Shown: positions 1 through 11,929 of the stretch, piece after piece
How the letters are laid out: the number at the start of each line of letters is the position of its first letter
Numbering within the stretch: position 1 is the first letter of the stretch
Origin: Eledone cirrhosa
Taxonomy: Eukaryota
DNA length: 64,000 nucleotides
Assembly: GCA_964016885.1 (NCBI GenBank)
Contig: OZ024751.1
Location: forward strand, 26,164,001-26,228,000
Direction of reading: 5' to 3'
Translations under genes and position numbers: made by a program
The notes under the pieces: generated by a model
Told to the model about the DNA's origin: nothing
Databases searched by the model: none
The model's input: only the letters and a program-made list of their open reading frames with translations

Positions 1-69
1 AACATCAGTTGTTTTACAGAGCAGTTATATAGAGATTACAATAATCAAAGTTCAGTTTAAGTCATTTAT

Positions 70-118
70 TTGCTTACAATTGTTTCCTCCAAACCGAGGT
101 TTGGATTCTTCGGAGCAA
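70..118 (-). ncRNA. Type I hammerhead ribozyme motif, CCGAAGA core variant
   Basis: Minus strand reads UUGCU-CCGAAGA-a-UCCAAAC cucg GUUUGGA-g-GAAAC aauu GUA-AGCAA: 5-bp stem I, 7-bp stem II, palindromic stem III. Flank 1-24 matches the reverse complement of ~13879-13900 (same family). Confidence 0.7.
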
Positions 119-1321
119 CTATTTACTGATCTATAACATACTTGACCTCCTTTTCAACCCAAGAGACACATAAAACATATGCGCATATTGATCAACAGTG
201 GGGTGACACTCATCAAATGATATAGCATGGCAATTTACATGTAAAGGTTACAGGATAAAAATAAAAGCAAGAATGGAAATAAAGATAAACATGAAGCGTT
301 GGCAGTCTATGAAGATAAAGCAAGAGGAAAGCTTAGAGTAGTCAGTGCATGAAACAATCTCACGTGTAGCATGCACGCGTGTCTTATTTATACATGATTA
401 GAGTGCGTCAGAATGATATTTGCAGGGTCAGGCAGTTGAAGCAGGCAATCGATCTTATTATGTGGGCTGAATTATTAAGTCATTTATTCTCATACATCTG
501 TATGATATACGGTCTCGGATGCAGGGAAACACCAAAATATCAGAAACTTTCAACATACTATAAACCTTATTGTATCGTAGGCAAAGCCGTACCACTGTCT
601 TCGCTCACACCACCACTCACATAATCCATGAGACGCAATATATAGAACACGTGTCTATCGTATAATTCGCGATGGTCCAGCATATAATCAAGTTATAAAC
701 CGTATCCAGTCGGTTCTTAATTAATAGATCATGCTGTCCAGATTCCGGAAGTGTCTGAATGACTAAGGGGAGGTAACTAGCTAGTTATCTTAGTTAAATT
801 ACTATCCTAAACTACATTAATGGTGATTCAAATACGTGCCTATCATATGAAGTTATAACTATATAACTTCTATATATATATATATATATATATTACCGGC
901 AGTACTGATACAAATACAAAATCAAAATCAATATCATGTCAACTGTTGACCTTTCCCAGTCCAGTTCAGCTTGTATATAATAATAATAACTGTTTGCTTT
1001 ACGCTGGCAATGTTAGAAATTATTATTGTTATTGAAAACAAAAAATTGATAAAATCGTAAGTGAAAGTTGTCATTGTATAGATATTTTTTGGACTGTACC
1101 TGGTTCTACTTCCTTGACAAGTCCACCTACATTACACACCAGCCTCTTTGCTAATACCATGTCCAAATTGTTCAAACATTGCATTTAACAGTGGAGATCA
1201 GTCGTGAGCAAACGGGCCCATTTGGCTGTGGTAATAACGAAATACTGCTGAATTCTGGGGTGTGATTTGAGATAAATGAAATCTTGAAATTTACAAATTC
1301 CCATAGAACCCTCAGGGGCAG

Positions 1322-2715
1322 GATAAAGGCCTTCGCGTCGTGCAGCAACAGGTGGGCCGTGTGTTTTTATGTGGTGGGTGACGTCGTGTTTTACAGGGCA
1401 GGTGTTAAATACTGGTCGAGTTACATCTGGGTATTCTTTGAGTATAGAACTATGCCGGGTTGTTGTTGACGATTGTAAAATAACTGGACTGACTGTGGCT
1501 GTCCGAGCGGCTATACCGCGCACAGTGAGACCAGTGGAGTCATCGGTTTTTTAGGTCCACTAGTAGTGAGAAGTGCTGAAGAAAATCAGCTCCTAAAATA
1601 GGGGTCACAACGAATACCCACTGGAAGGTGCGGCATAGTCCTAAATTCAGTGTCGGATTCCGTAGGTTGGAATAGGCGAATGATTCACCGCTTGGAGCCA
1701 GACTGGTGTTTCCTTTTTCCAGGAAACCGGGATAATGCTGACTTCGGCACCGGTGTTGACCAGGAAATGCGTCCCTGTGACACAATCTCGAATGAAAAAC
1801 GGGCGACTTTGGTTATTAGGGCCAGAAACGTTTGTCGCATACAGTTCTTGGCTGTGTCGTTTCCCTGATTCGATACCAACACAAATGAACAGGGAGGGCT
1901 GCACTTGCGCGCCCATCTTCCAAATTTTTGGTGGTACCAACACATTGCTGGCGAATAACAGGATACACTCGGACTTCTAGAGCGACCACCGGATTGTCGA
2001 GTATTAGATCGACGTGTGGACGGGTTACCCAGTGACAAGGCCTGAATTTGTTGCGTCAGGGCCTGTATCCGAGTCGCTTGCTGTGCCAGTAACTGGTATA
2101 GATAGGGAGCTGCTTCATTCGGCGTAGGAGTTGCGTCGGCTTTTTGTCTCCTAATTCCTCCGATATAAGGGGCTGGTGCTGCGACTCCAACGTCCTCTTG
2201 ATTAATGTCATTTTGAATGTGTCATATGACACAGAGCCGAGTGGTGTTAAAATGAGGTCTCGAACCACGTTCATGATTTCTGGAGACATCGAACCAATGA
2301 CACGAGTTAACCGAGCTGCCTCGCTAACGATCCGGTTCGATGCGAGTTGTGCTTCGATGTACGCGAACCATAGTATTGGATCGTGCACCCAGAATGGTGG
2401 TGTCCTCAATGTAAACGCTGCCTGGACTGCCATTTCTGCCGTAGATGAGTCATCGTGTGTTAGGGACATCGATGAGTCGTGAAGTTTGTGGAATGCAGTG
2501 AAGATTTGTAAACATTCACAGTTGCTTTAACTCAGGTCACCGTTTGTAGTGAATAATGTCGATCATCAATTATAGTGGATAGTGAGAAGATTGTGTGTTC
2601 GTTTCACGTGGTCACCAGTTGTAACAGATAGGTTGTATCCTTTGTATGGTAGTTTGATGAAAAGGATAATGCCAGGATTGTGTTGTTTACAATGTTTATT
2701 TTACAATAACAATAT
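1322..2715 (-). mobile_element. Degenerate Ty3/gypsy LTR retrotransposon 5' portion (partial LTR, PBS, gag, aspartic protease)
   Basis: Gag-like PPFWVHDPILWFAYIEAQL (ORF 2056-2469); CWYHQKFG..ARKC..PC knuckle; protease FLVNTGAEVSIIP and ILGADFLQHFSLLVDLKNR; HHIKTHGPPV just before where RT would begin. Several frameshifts; RT and integrase absent. Confidence 0.9.
2595..2617 (-). promoter_or_regulatory. Primer binding site complementary to tRNA-Trp 3' end
   Basis: Minus strand ...TGTTACA (LTR end at 2620) ac TGGTGACCACGTGAAACGAACAC, versus the reverse complement of the eukaryotic tRNA-Trp 3' end TGGTGACCCCGACGTGATTCGAACAC (recalled from memory). Confidence 0.75.
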
Positions 2716-2721
2716 TCAATT

Positions 2722-4229
2722 TGACTATCCGATGGGAGAAGCATGGTTTTCCCAGATGAAAGCCAGCCACTTTTAGGGTTTGACCCTGAACTTTGTTGAT
2801 GGTAATCGCAAATCTTAGTCGCTTGAACTCAAAGGATAAGTTGGCTGGCAGCAACGGCATGCGAGGAATAAATACATCTCCCCTACCAACTCCAGTCATG
2901 ATTGTGGCTTCAATGACAACCGCAGCATCTGCTTGACTGCAAGTCGTATGCCTTTGCAGAGCTTTGGTGGGTCCAGATTTCGCAGCAAGATGATAGGGGC
3001 ACCAAGCTTTAACTCCAACCTGTGTGGAGGAACTCCTGGCAAGTCAAGAGAGTTCAAGAATTCCATATCTGCGTCAACCACACAATCGATTGACTTATAT
3101 GTGTGAACAGGTCCAGGGATCTGCTTAAGCAGCCTATCGTTGACATCTCTGACACTGTCATTTCTTGGTGCAAGCATTGCTCTTTCACAGAGCCAATCAC
3201 GGCAAGTGAAATTCTCAGACAGCCGTGGGAAGACTTCGGATGAAAGTTCTTCTTCTGTCTGGACGACCATCCCAATTCGACCCACACCAGTGAGTCCATC
3301 GCCAGCACTTGTTGCCCCTCTTCCAAGCTCAAGTAGGCGCTGTGCAAAAATTCCTGCATGTTGGTCACCATGCAAGTGGACCCTCATATTGGTCAACAGA
3401 CTGAGCTTTGAGATGTTGTTCCAGAGGTATGAAGACTTAATTGATGCCTTCACCTCATCAGCTCGAGTTCCGCGAGGGATAACTGGAAGTGTTTTTCTGA
3501 AGTCACCAGCCATGACGGAGTTATTTCCTCGAACGTCTTGCAGTGTCCTGTCCAGCGCCTCAAAAGCACCTGTGTGAGAGAGAAAGGAATTATAGGAGGA
3601 TGCAAAAAGTGCAAAAGGCAAAGAAGTAGAAAAAAACAAAAATGACGCCCAAATTAGAAAGAAGTACCTTTGTGAGTCATAGTGCATTCATCCCAGACAA
3701 TAAGGCGACACTGGTTGATGAGATCAGCCAGAGCACTTCCGTGTGGAATGTTGCAGATTGGAGTTTCAATGTTTGCAAGGTTCAGCGGGAGTTTGAAACT
3801 GGAATGAGCGGTGCGACCTCCGAGGAGAAGAGTTGCTGCAATTCCAGAGGAAGCAACGGCCAATGCGATCCACCTGTTCTTTCTCACCATTGCAAGTAAG
3901 AGGTTGATGACGAATGATTTTCCCGTGCCTCCTGGGGCATCAACGAAGAAGAGGCCACTGTTGTTGGTTGTCATATCATCAACAGCGGTTTCAAAGGGCA
4001 AGTGAGTAGGGGAAAAATTGATTTTGCCTCCACTGAAGCATATGCCTGGCGCCTCCCTGACCCTCTTGAGAGCTTGACAATGTGGGTAAATAGTGTTCAT
4101 GGATCCAAGTTGAGAAGTGATAGAATAATCGACAGTGGAGTCATATCGAAATGCTGAACCAAAGTTTTTTAGGGCATCTCTGACTTGGTGACCAGTGGGG
4201 TATGCTTCTCTGATAGGTCCAACTGTCGA
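2722..4229 (-). mobile_element. Helitron RepHel remnant (N-terminal Zn-finger region fused to Pif1-like helicase)
   Basis: AFRYDSTVDY...PHCQALK..EAPGICFSGGK; Walker A DAPGGTGKSF; ASSGIAATLLLGGRTAHS; IVWDEC; GDFRKTLPV; GVPPHRLELKLGAPIILLRNLDPPKLC; FAITINKVQGQT; PCFSH. Frameshifted near the C-terminus. Confidence 0.92.
3570..3667 (-). other. 98-nt GT-AG spliceosomal-type intron in Helitron helicase
   Basis: CACAAAG|GTACTT...pyrimidine-rich...CTCTCACACAG|GTGCTTTT. Removal joins ORF 3654-4100 to ORF 2896-3687 in frame, giving DECTMTHK-GAFEALDRTL. Confidence 0.8.
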
Positions 4230-5142
4230 CTAAAAATAAAAAAACAGAGTTTGGTCATTACAGGTCCTTGCAAAACTCAGTCCGATATTGAAATTTAACA
4301 TTTCATGACCGCTGGTCGTAAAATATTCGACCATCTCCAAATGTCCTACTCCAGTGTATCTTTTGTAATGAAGCGGATCTTTTGCACCTATATCAATGTT
4401 CCCATCGATTGTGATACTGCTGAAATGATATAAGTAGCAAAATTATACCTCTGAAGTTCGACAGTTTTACCAAATTTCTGTAGAAAAAACTCAAAATATT
4501 GTGACAAATTTAACTGTTGTATGTCTGATTCATATTCTTTGGTTAAAACACAGCAAATCTATTTACTTTTAAAGGAGATACCTTTGAAAAAGTCCATTTT
4601 CGAAATCAAATATTTCGTTGTGCTGAAAAATTGGGGCTCAAGATGCACTTTAAATGATCAATGGTCAGTTCGATAAAAATCTAATGTAGAAGCTTTCTAT
4701 TGATAGCTGAACTGAACTGTTGATAGCGCTGTTTGATGAGACAAATTTATATATACTTACCAGAACAATTGACGTTCAGGTTAACATTGTTGACCTGATA
4801 TAAAATCTGTGACAACATTTTCCTAATTTCATTTCTAAACCTATATCAATGGACAGTTATCTTTAAAAGTATGAATGCGTTTTTTGGGAAACAACATCTT
4901 TCTATGTTAACAATGATAGTTTTTAAAGGTTACACCTGAAAACTGATGATTTTTCATAACTACTCTACATTTAACGAAGCTTTTGAATTATTTTTGCATT
5001 TAAAGGACTGCAAACTAAATCCATTTTAAGAATACACCACCTGAGGTCTTTTCGTGGCATGTATTACGTCCTTGAATGAAACACGATGAAGTAATGAAGC
5101 AATCTTACTCTTGCAAAATTAATCATATAAACCTTTAATAAT

Positions 5143-5308
5143 TGTTTCTACTTTTGGCACAAGGCCAGCAATTATCCCAGTGTATTACTGGTACTTTATT
5201 TTATCGACCCCGTAAGGATGAAAGGCAAAGCTAACCAAGGCAGGATTTGAACTCAGAATGGCAAAGGCCGTAACTCTTTGCTGCAAAGATACTGCCAATC
5301 CACCGCCT
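5143..5308 (-). mobile_element. tRNA-derived SINE (main family) with target-site duplication
   Basis: Reverse complement of the 6201 family; ATATAAACCTTTAATAAT repeated at 5125-5142 and 5309-5326. Confidence 0.85.
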
Positions 5309-6200
5309 ATATAAACCTTTAATAATGTTTTTCACTAAGATTATGTGATGATACACATCTGAACTTAAAATTTCCTATCTATGTGGAAATAAACAACTTT
5401 TTTTTAAAAGCTATTTAAGTTTTGAAATTTCTTTAAATTTTCTTCAGCATGAGCGCGCGAAAACACGTAAAGTATTTCCGTTGTTAAGATGAAGTAAATA
5501 CCACTTTAATTTTAAGAAAAGAAAGTCGAAAGTAACTTTAAAATCCAAGAAGATCGTCGTTGTTACGTAATAGCGCTTGTTTTCGAGGACATAAAAGAAA
5601 ATTAAATGTGTAAACTTTTTGTTTCATATTAAATATGTAAACTAGTTTTTTTGTTGTTTTATTTTCATATTAAATATGCAAACTATTTTTTTTTTTCCCC
5701 CCCATAGTGAATATGTAAACTCAATTAGTTTTTTGTATTTTTTTTGTATATATAAACTTTACTACATGTATTGAGTACTTTATTTTCTCTTTGTGTAAAT
5801 GCATATATACTTCTGTTTTTATTTTTTGTTAGCTCTTGCTACACTTTTTGTCTTATTGTTTATTAAATAATTGTATATCTGAACTGTGTTATTTTTGTTA
5901 TTAACTCTTAACTCTTTCTTCAACATTACATAGATGTTTGTTTTAAACAGTTTATATTTTTCTAAAGACCTTCCAGCATAATTTCATATAACAATTTTTT
6001 TATTTATGCTCCAAACTTCAGCTGAATGAGATGGTTTATATTACTAAATCCTGATTATTTTGAACTTAATCTTTTTGTGACCATATAAGTCAGTAATTTT
6101 CAAATAAAAACTCTAATTTCATCTTTAACTCTTTTATTGAATTAACTTTTATTTAGGTAACTTTCTCATTATTAAGCTAGCTTTCATTATTACAAGGGAA

Positions 6201-6387
6201 GGTGGATTGGCAGTATCGGTAGAGAGTCGGATGCCATGCTTTCCAGCATAGTTACGTCCCTTTACGGTCTGAGTTCAAGTCCCGCCGAGGTTCACATTGC
6301 CTTTCATCCTTATGGGGTCGATAAAATAAAGTACCAGTAATGTACTGAGTAATTGCTGGCCTTGTGCCAAAAGTAGAAACAATTATT
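6201..6387 (+). mobile_element. tRNA-derived SINE (main family), full length with TSD
   Basis: A-box-like TGGCAGTATCGG, B-box GAGTTCAAGTCC, core GCCTTTCATCCTT..GGGGTCGATAAAATAAAGTACCAG, ATT tail; ATTATTACAAGGGAAGGT at 6186-6203 and 6382-6399. Confidence 0.9.
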
Positions 6388-6852
6388 ACAAGGGAAGGTT
6401 TTTACGTAAATATAAAGTTTGCTATCACTGAACTAGGACAGTTTGGTATCACAGAACCAGGGACAGTTTGGTATCACAGAACCAGGGACAAGAGGCTCAC
6501 CAGGCTTATTTTATTTCAACTTCTGTTCCAAGTTTGCTACATTAAACTACATATATAACTGCTTTCATGAATATTATTGGCAACTTAAGTTAAATCCTGA
6601 TACTTTATCTACAGATATGAATCTATGGCATACTTCAGTACTTTATAATTTAACCCATTTCATATCAAACTTCTCTTAGTTTTACGATACAAATCCGTTT
6701 CTTTTAAGTGTTTATATTTATCTTAAGGCCTTCCACATAATTTTATCTAAAACCATTTATTACATTATGCACCAAACACTAGTTTCATTATAAGAAATAC
6801 TATTTTGCATTACTAAGTTTCTCCAATTTTTATATTTGGACATCATAAGCAT

Positions 6853-7037
6853 TGTCTTTCATTAGAAATCTGGAAATGAAAGGGTTAATGACATAGGCAG
6901 TGTCTTTTATTAGAAATCTGGTAATGAAAGGGTTAATGACATAGGCAGTGTCTTTCATTAGAAATCTGGTAATGAAAGGGTTAATGACATAGGCAGTGTC
7001 TTTCAATAGAAATCTGGTAATGAAAGGGTTAATGACA
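6853..7037. repeat. 48-bp tandem repeat, ~4 copies
   Basis: Unit TGTCTTTCATTAGAAATCTGGTAATGAAAGGGTTAATGACATAGGCAG; copies start at 6853, 6901 and so on. Confidence 0.9.
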
Positions 7038-7283
7038 ATGTTATTACCACTGTCAGTACTGATATAGATATTAGTAGGACCAGTTCAATGTAGCTGCCAT
7101 ATTTGGTGTTTTTCTAAAGCCGTTAGTTAGGTATTTCTCTCTAATACCACCACTTAATATTTCCTACAAGGACTCAACTTAGATGAATCTTCGTGTGTTC
7201 TATATCCACAAATATACTCTCCGCTCTCAAATAATAGAGAGGGTTGGAATAAGCGGTAATTTTTCTGGCTTTGTCTCCATTGA

Positions 7284-7315
<32 letters not shown>

Positions 7316-8090
7316 AGCAGAATTTATTTCGCCAGAGATAGATATTAATAAAATTGAATAAGCGGAGGAGGGGTTATATTCGAGACCCAAGAATATCTAC
7401 TTTAAACGTTCACTCTTGTTAAAATATATCTTTGGATAAGATGACATTTTTTTTATTTCTTTTGCCTCTTTGTCGTTATTTAAGGGGAGGTAATAATGGG
7501 TTTCTTTTGCTTCGTTATTTAAGGGGAGGTAATTATGGTGTTTGTTTTTTTCGCTTAATTTACGAACGTACACTATGGAATTACTGGGAATCTTCGGAAC
7601 AAGGGGATATACTGTACTTATATATGTAGCAAGTATATATATATATATATCAAGTAAAGCTCCTAACGATTCTGTTCGTTGAGCACTCTAAATTGAATTG
7701 TCATAGGCTGCCATTTCTAGCGACTTATTCTATTCATACAACTAGTTACTGCCTCGTGCACGCATTATCCTTCCACTTACACGTGGTACAGGTCAGTTAT
7801 TTTAAGTCTTCTTAGAGGTGGGGAACATATCAGCTTAACACATGCTGACGATCCATAGGCTGATTCGATTCCTTCACTAATTTATGGTGAAACATTCTCT
7901 TAGTGAGTCTGTACATGTGTGATTTAGTTATAAAGGTGGGTTATTTCATTTTAATTATAATGTATTTCCCATACCTTTCGTAGTGTATATGTTTTTCACG
8001 CTAGTGGTCTTATAGCCCCTGTAATTGAAAACACAATCTCTTGTGTATTTTCATCTCTATATTGTATGTATATATATATATATATATATA

Positions 8091-8245
8091 TCATCATCAT
8101 CATCATCGTTTAACGTCTATCTTCCACGCTAGCATGGGTTTAGACGGGAATTGTCCCACTTGAGGCAAGATTGGTTGTCTTGCTCGTATAGGACTGTCTG
8201 GCAGGTTTTCTACGGCTGGATGCCCTTCCTAACACCAACCATGTT
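8091..8245 (-). mobile_element. SINE 3' fragment of a second family with (GAT)n tail
   Basis: Minus strand GTTAGGAAGGGCATCCAGCCGTAGAAA ... GACGTTAAACGATGATGATG. Confidence 0.6.
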
Positions 8246-9017
8246 TACATTGTGGAACATATATATTTATTTACTGCCCCCTTTTTTCTGTTTCTCCATT
8301 GTGATCCTGTCTCTATTTTGTACTCCTGAAGAAGGACTTAAGCCCGACACCTCAAACTTTCTTTCCCCTTTCCAATATAAAGCGTGAAACTAATAAGACT
8401 TTTTGTACCTGTTTGTTGTCTCCTCCAACTATATATGTGTGAATGTATGTATGTGTGTTTGTGCTTGTCTGTGTGTGTGTGCTTGTGTATATATTGTGTA
8501 TGTGTGTGTGTGCTTGTGTATATATTGTGTGCGTGTGCTTGTATACGTATGCGTGTGCTTGTGTATGTGTGTGTGTGCTTGTGTATGTACCTGTGTTTCT
8601 GTATGTGTATATGTGCTTCTGTATGTGTGTGTGTGTGTGTGTGCTTATACGAGGGCGGGAGAGGGGGTAGAGAGTTACCATCTGGTAATCCCATTTAAGA
8701 AGATTACTTCTCCAGGATCAACCTGAAGAACATTCCTCAAAGAAAGAACAAAAAGAATGGAGGGGGGGTGATGGAGAGGAGATAAACAATAAATAAATAA
8801 AATAAAATGCATAAAACAAAATAAAACATTAAAAAAATCTCTTTTTTTCCATAAAAAATATAAAATTAAAGAAGAAAATCTCTCAATTACTTTGAAGATA
8901 GTTTATTGGATTTCTTTGTTAATCATTGGCAATAAGCAATCACATAATTACATCATAAATCTGCTATATCTCTCCTAGTTTTATATTTTTAGTTTTCCTT
9001 TTATTATAATAATCTCT

Positions 9018-9228
9018 GCCGAGGGATTAGCAGTAGGATCGGTAGAACGTTTTGCGGCAAAGAGTTACGGCCCTTTACGTTTTGTGTTCAAATCTTGTCG
9101 AGGTTAACTTTGCCTTTCATCCTTAAGAGGGTCGATAAAATAAAGTACCAGTAATTCACTGGGGTCAATTTAATCGACCCCCCCCCCCCCCCCAGAAATT
9201 GTTGGCCTTGTGCCTAAATCAGAAACCG
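9018..9228 (+). mobile_element. tRNA-derived SINE (main family)
   Basis: Same head, core and GGCCTTGTGCCTAAA..AGAAAC end as the 6201 copy. Confidence 0.85.
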
Positions 9229-9273
9229 CTATAAAACGTGTTGCGGCAGTAATTGGTAGAACGTCAGATATAG

Positions 9274-9550
9274 CAGAGGTCGCCAACCTTTTTTATACCA
9301 CAGACCGGTTTCATGCCGGACAATCTGTCTGTGGACCGGTAGTTGCACATATGTGTTATTTAAGTGTATTTCGATAAAGAGAGCAATAATAAAAATAACA
9401 ATTTATTAAAAGGAAGAAAAACCCTATAATCTTTTGACTCTCATGTAAATCTTTTTAAATTAAAGTCCAATATTCAATTTATCTATTATATAATTTTAAA
9501 CAAGTTAATTATTTCTTTGCGGCCTGGTAGTAAATGATCCACGGACTGCA
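9274..9550. mobile_element. Probable hAT-type MITE remnant
   Basis: Starts CAGAGGTCGCCAACCTTTTT followed by GACCGG motifs; right end degenerate or truncated. Confidence 0.45.
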
Positions 9551-9590
9551 GGGGGGGGGGGGCGTCTACTGGGCTAAGTCCAAGCTAGTT

Positions 9591-9905
9591 CTACGTCTCA
9601 CAGGCGGCCTCACGTTCCTCGATCATAGTGGGTTCCATTGTGTTCAGGAGAACCTTGTTGACGAGGACGCGACATGAGGTTACCGACGAAAGCCAGCGAG
9701 ATCGGGGACCGGGGGCCAAGGCCACCATGTCTAACTGGTAAGGTGGCCTGTTGCCATCCAATGTCATCAAACCTGACGTTGCATGTCTCTCAGCTATTCG
9801 GATACAAGTATCGAGGTCAGCGCTGCGCAGAGTATAGAGGAGCTTCGGCATGGCGAAGCAGTTCCTCAACAGGAAGAGGGCTGAGTGGGCGTCAATCATG
9901 ACCAG
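9591..9905 (-). mobile_element. CRE-like non-LTR retrotransposon fragment
   Basis: AHSALFLLRNCFAMPKLLYTLRS, then in another frame DDIGWQQATLPVRHGGLG (post-RT thumb region). Confidence 0.7.
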
Positions 9906-10183
9906 TCCACTCGTGACGTACGGGGAAACACTGATCTAACACGTGACTACTAATGTTGTAGTCACGTGCTAATGATTTATTTCAACCTTTTATGTTTTCT
10001 ATTCAAATCTCGTCATGGTCGGCTTGAGGTTTGGTAAAGTAACCGTAAATACCTTTGTTGGAATATTTCATGGCCGGGTACCAGATCTAGCTGCCGCTCA
10101 CATACGAACTAAAGCACATACATACTCTATTAATACACACATTCTAATAGTTAAAACATACGCACTCACACATACACACACGT

Positions 10184-10324
10184 AGATGGACCATAACGCA
10201 CCAAAGTACTCAATACTTAGGGTAGTAGAGTGGGTAATAGGAACGAGTAGGACCCCGACGGCTGAGCTCAGAATTAGCCGGCGAAACGGCTTGAGCTCAG
10301 CCGTCGGGGTCCTACTCGTTCCTG
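10184..10324. mobile_element. PLE-terminus-like fold-back element, family A, with 3' half of a hammerhead
   Basis: Inverted arms; GAAACGGCT TGAGCTC AGCCGTC GGGG at 10283-10309. Other copies at 18771-18968, 41819-41983 and 42818-42987, all next to (TA)n. Confidence 0.7.
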
Positions 10325-10857
10325 TATATATATACAGAATAGAAAACGAAAAATCAGTGATGCATCTGAACTCAATTTATTGTGTGTTACAAATGTTTCC
10401 CCGGCGGACAGCTCGAGACGCGATCATTGTGTGGATCTGTCTGATTCTGGACCCGCAGATTCGACGGACACGTCTAATATATATATATATATATATATAT
10501 ATGAAGCAAAGTCTATTGGGTGACCAGGCCTAAATGCTTGCAACAGAGTGGACGCCGTTAAAGGTACACAAGGGCTAGTGTGGGAGGGGGTTAAAACAGT
10601 CTGGCAGATAAACTTTGGTTTAAAATAAAATAAATAAACGAGAAAAAGAAAAACAAACTTAATAATGGACCGGATGTTAATGGCGACGAAAGGAGATGAA
10701 CCGGGAGTTAATGGCGGCGAAAGGAAAAGAGCCGGAAAGAAACGTGATATTACATAAAGTTTGTAATTGTTTAAAGAAGAACTGACACTACAAACATAAG
10801 TTACTATTATAAAAATCTAGGTCGCTAGATAGCAGCAGAATCGGTGGATTCCGCTGG

Positions 10858-11010
10858 ATATGCAAATCTGGCTGATCAGTGGATCTGCTAATATACAGAT
10901 CTGACTGATCAGCCAGTCTGCTAATATGCAAATCTGGCTGATCAGTGGATCTGCTAATATACAGATCTGACTGATCAGCCAGTCTACTAATATGCAAATC
11001 AGGTCGATCA
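10858..11010. repeat. 66-bp (2x33) tandem repeat, ~2.3 copies
   Basis: ATATGCAAATC recurs at 10858, 10924 and 10990. Confidence 0.8.
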
Positions 11011-11075
11011 GTCACTGTGTATTTTGTAAATAGCATATATTTTCACTAGCTCTGACAGTTTGGCAGGTGAAGAGT

Positions 11076-11125
11076 GAGCTGTACTGATGAAGGGTGATAT
11101 CCAGAAACATTAGTGTCTGCAGTTC
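11076..11125 (+). ncRNA. Type I hammerhead ribozyme motif
   Basis: GAGCUGUA-CUGAUGA-a GGGU gau AUCC a-GAAACA uuag UGUC-UGCAGUUC: 8-bp stem I, GUC site at 11115-11117, A.A mismatch at the base of stem II. Downstream sequence recurs at ~41595-41760 (-) and ~47378-47502 (+). Confidence 0.75.
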
Positions 11126-11336
11126 TGTTCACATGCCAACACAAGAGCAAGAATGAAGGGTTCATTCTACTGACATGGCTATAAAATTGAGGCTTGTTTG
11201 CAAAAGAATCGAATGTTATTATTAATATTCGAAAAACTCAGATTACATTTATTGTATTCAGCCATGTAGAGCGAAATTTTCTTTTATATATATAATCACT
11301 ACCTTGATTAAATCTTAACCATTTAACATCTCAGGG

Positions 11337-11470
11337 TAGAGTTACGGCCCTTGCCATTCTGATTTCAAATCCCGTCGAGGTTAACTTTGCCTTTCATCCT
11401 TACGGGGTCGATAAAATGAAGCACCAGTAATGCACTGGGTAATTGCTGGCCTTGTGCCTAAAGTAGAAAC

Positions 11471-11475
<5 letters not shown>
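11337..11475 (+). mobile_element. 5'-truncated SINE (main family)
   Basis: Core and tail match the 6201 copy. Confidence 0.85.
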
Positions 11476-11507
<32 letters not shown>

Positions 11508-11570
11508 GGAATACTGTTGGCTTCTTGCTACAATAATTTCTATACTTTTCATTTATATATATATATATAT

Positions 11571-11929
11571 AAAGAATTAAAAAGATTAGAAAGATGCAGT
11601 AAAAGAGATTTATTTGGTTCTTACGTACGTTTCAATAGACATCAATTTGCCTAGATCTCGCTGCATCTATAATATTATATATTTAGTAGAGCATTCGATA
11701 TCCAATGCACAATCGATCCCATATCATCCTTTATCATAAAAACCTGAACATTCTGGTGCGGTAAGCATGATCTCTGATGATATGGGATCGATTGTGCATT
11801 GGATATCGAATGCTCTACTAAATATATAATATTATAGATGCAGCGAGATCTAGGCAAATTGATGTCTATTGAAACGTATGTAAGAACCAAATAAATCTCT
11901 TTTACTGCATCTTTCTAATCTTTTTAATT

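Noticed and set aside
1060-1320. piggyBac transposase remnant (YNDNF-like motif on -)
   Set aside because: A single weak motif across broken frames.
4230-4420. Upstream exon (ankyrin- or OTU-like PLHY..GHLEMVEY) spliced to the Helitron ORF
   Set aside because: The candidate intron is only 32 nt, splicing it puts the frames out of register, and the motif spacing is non-canonical.
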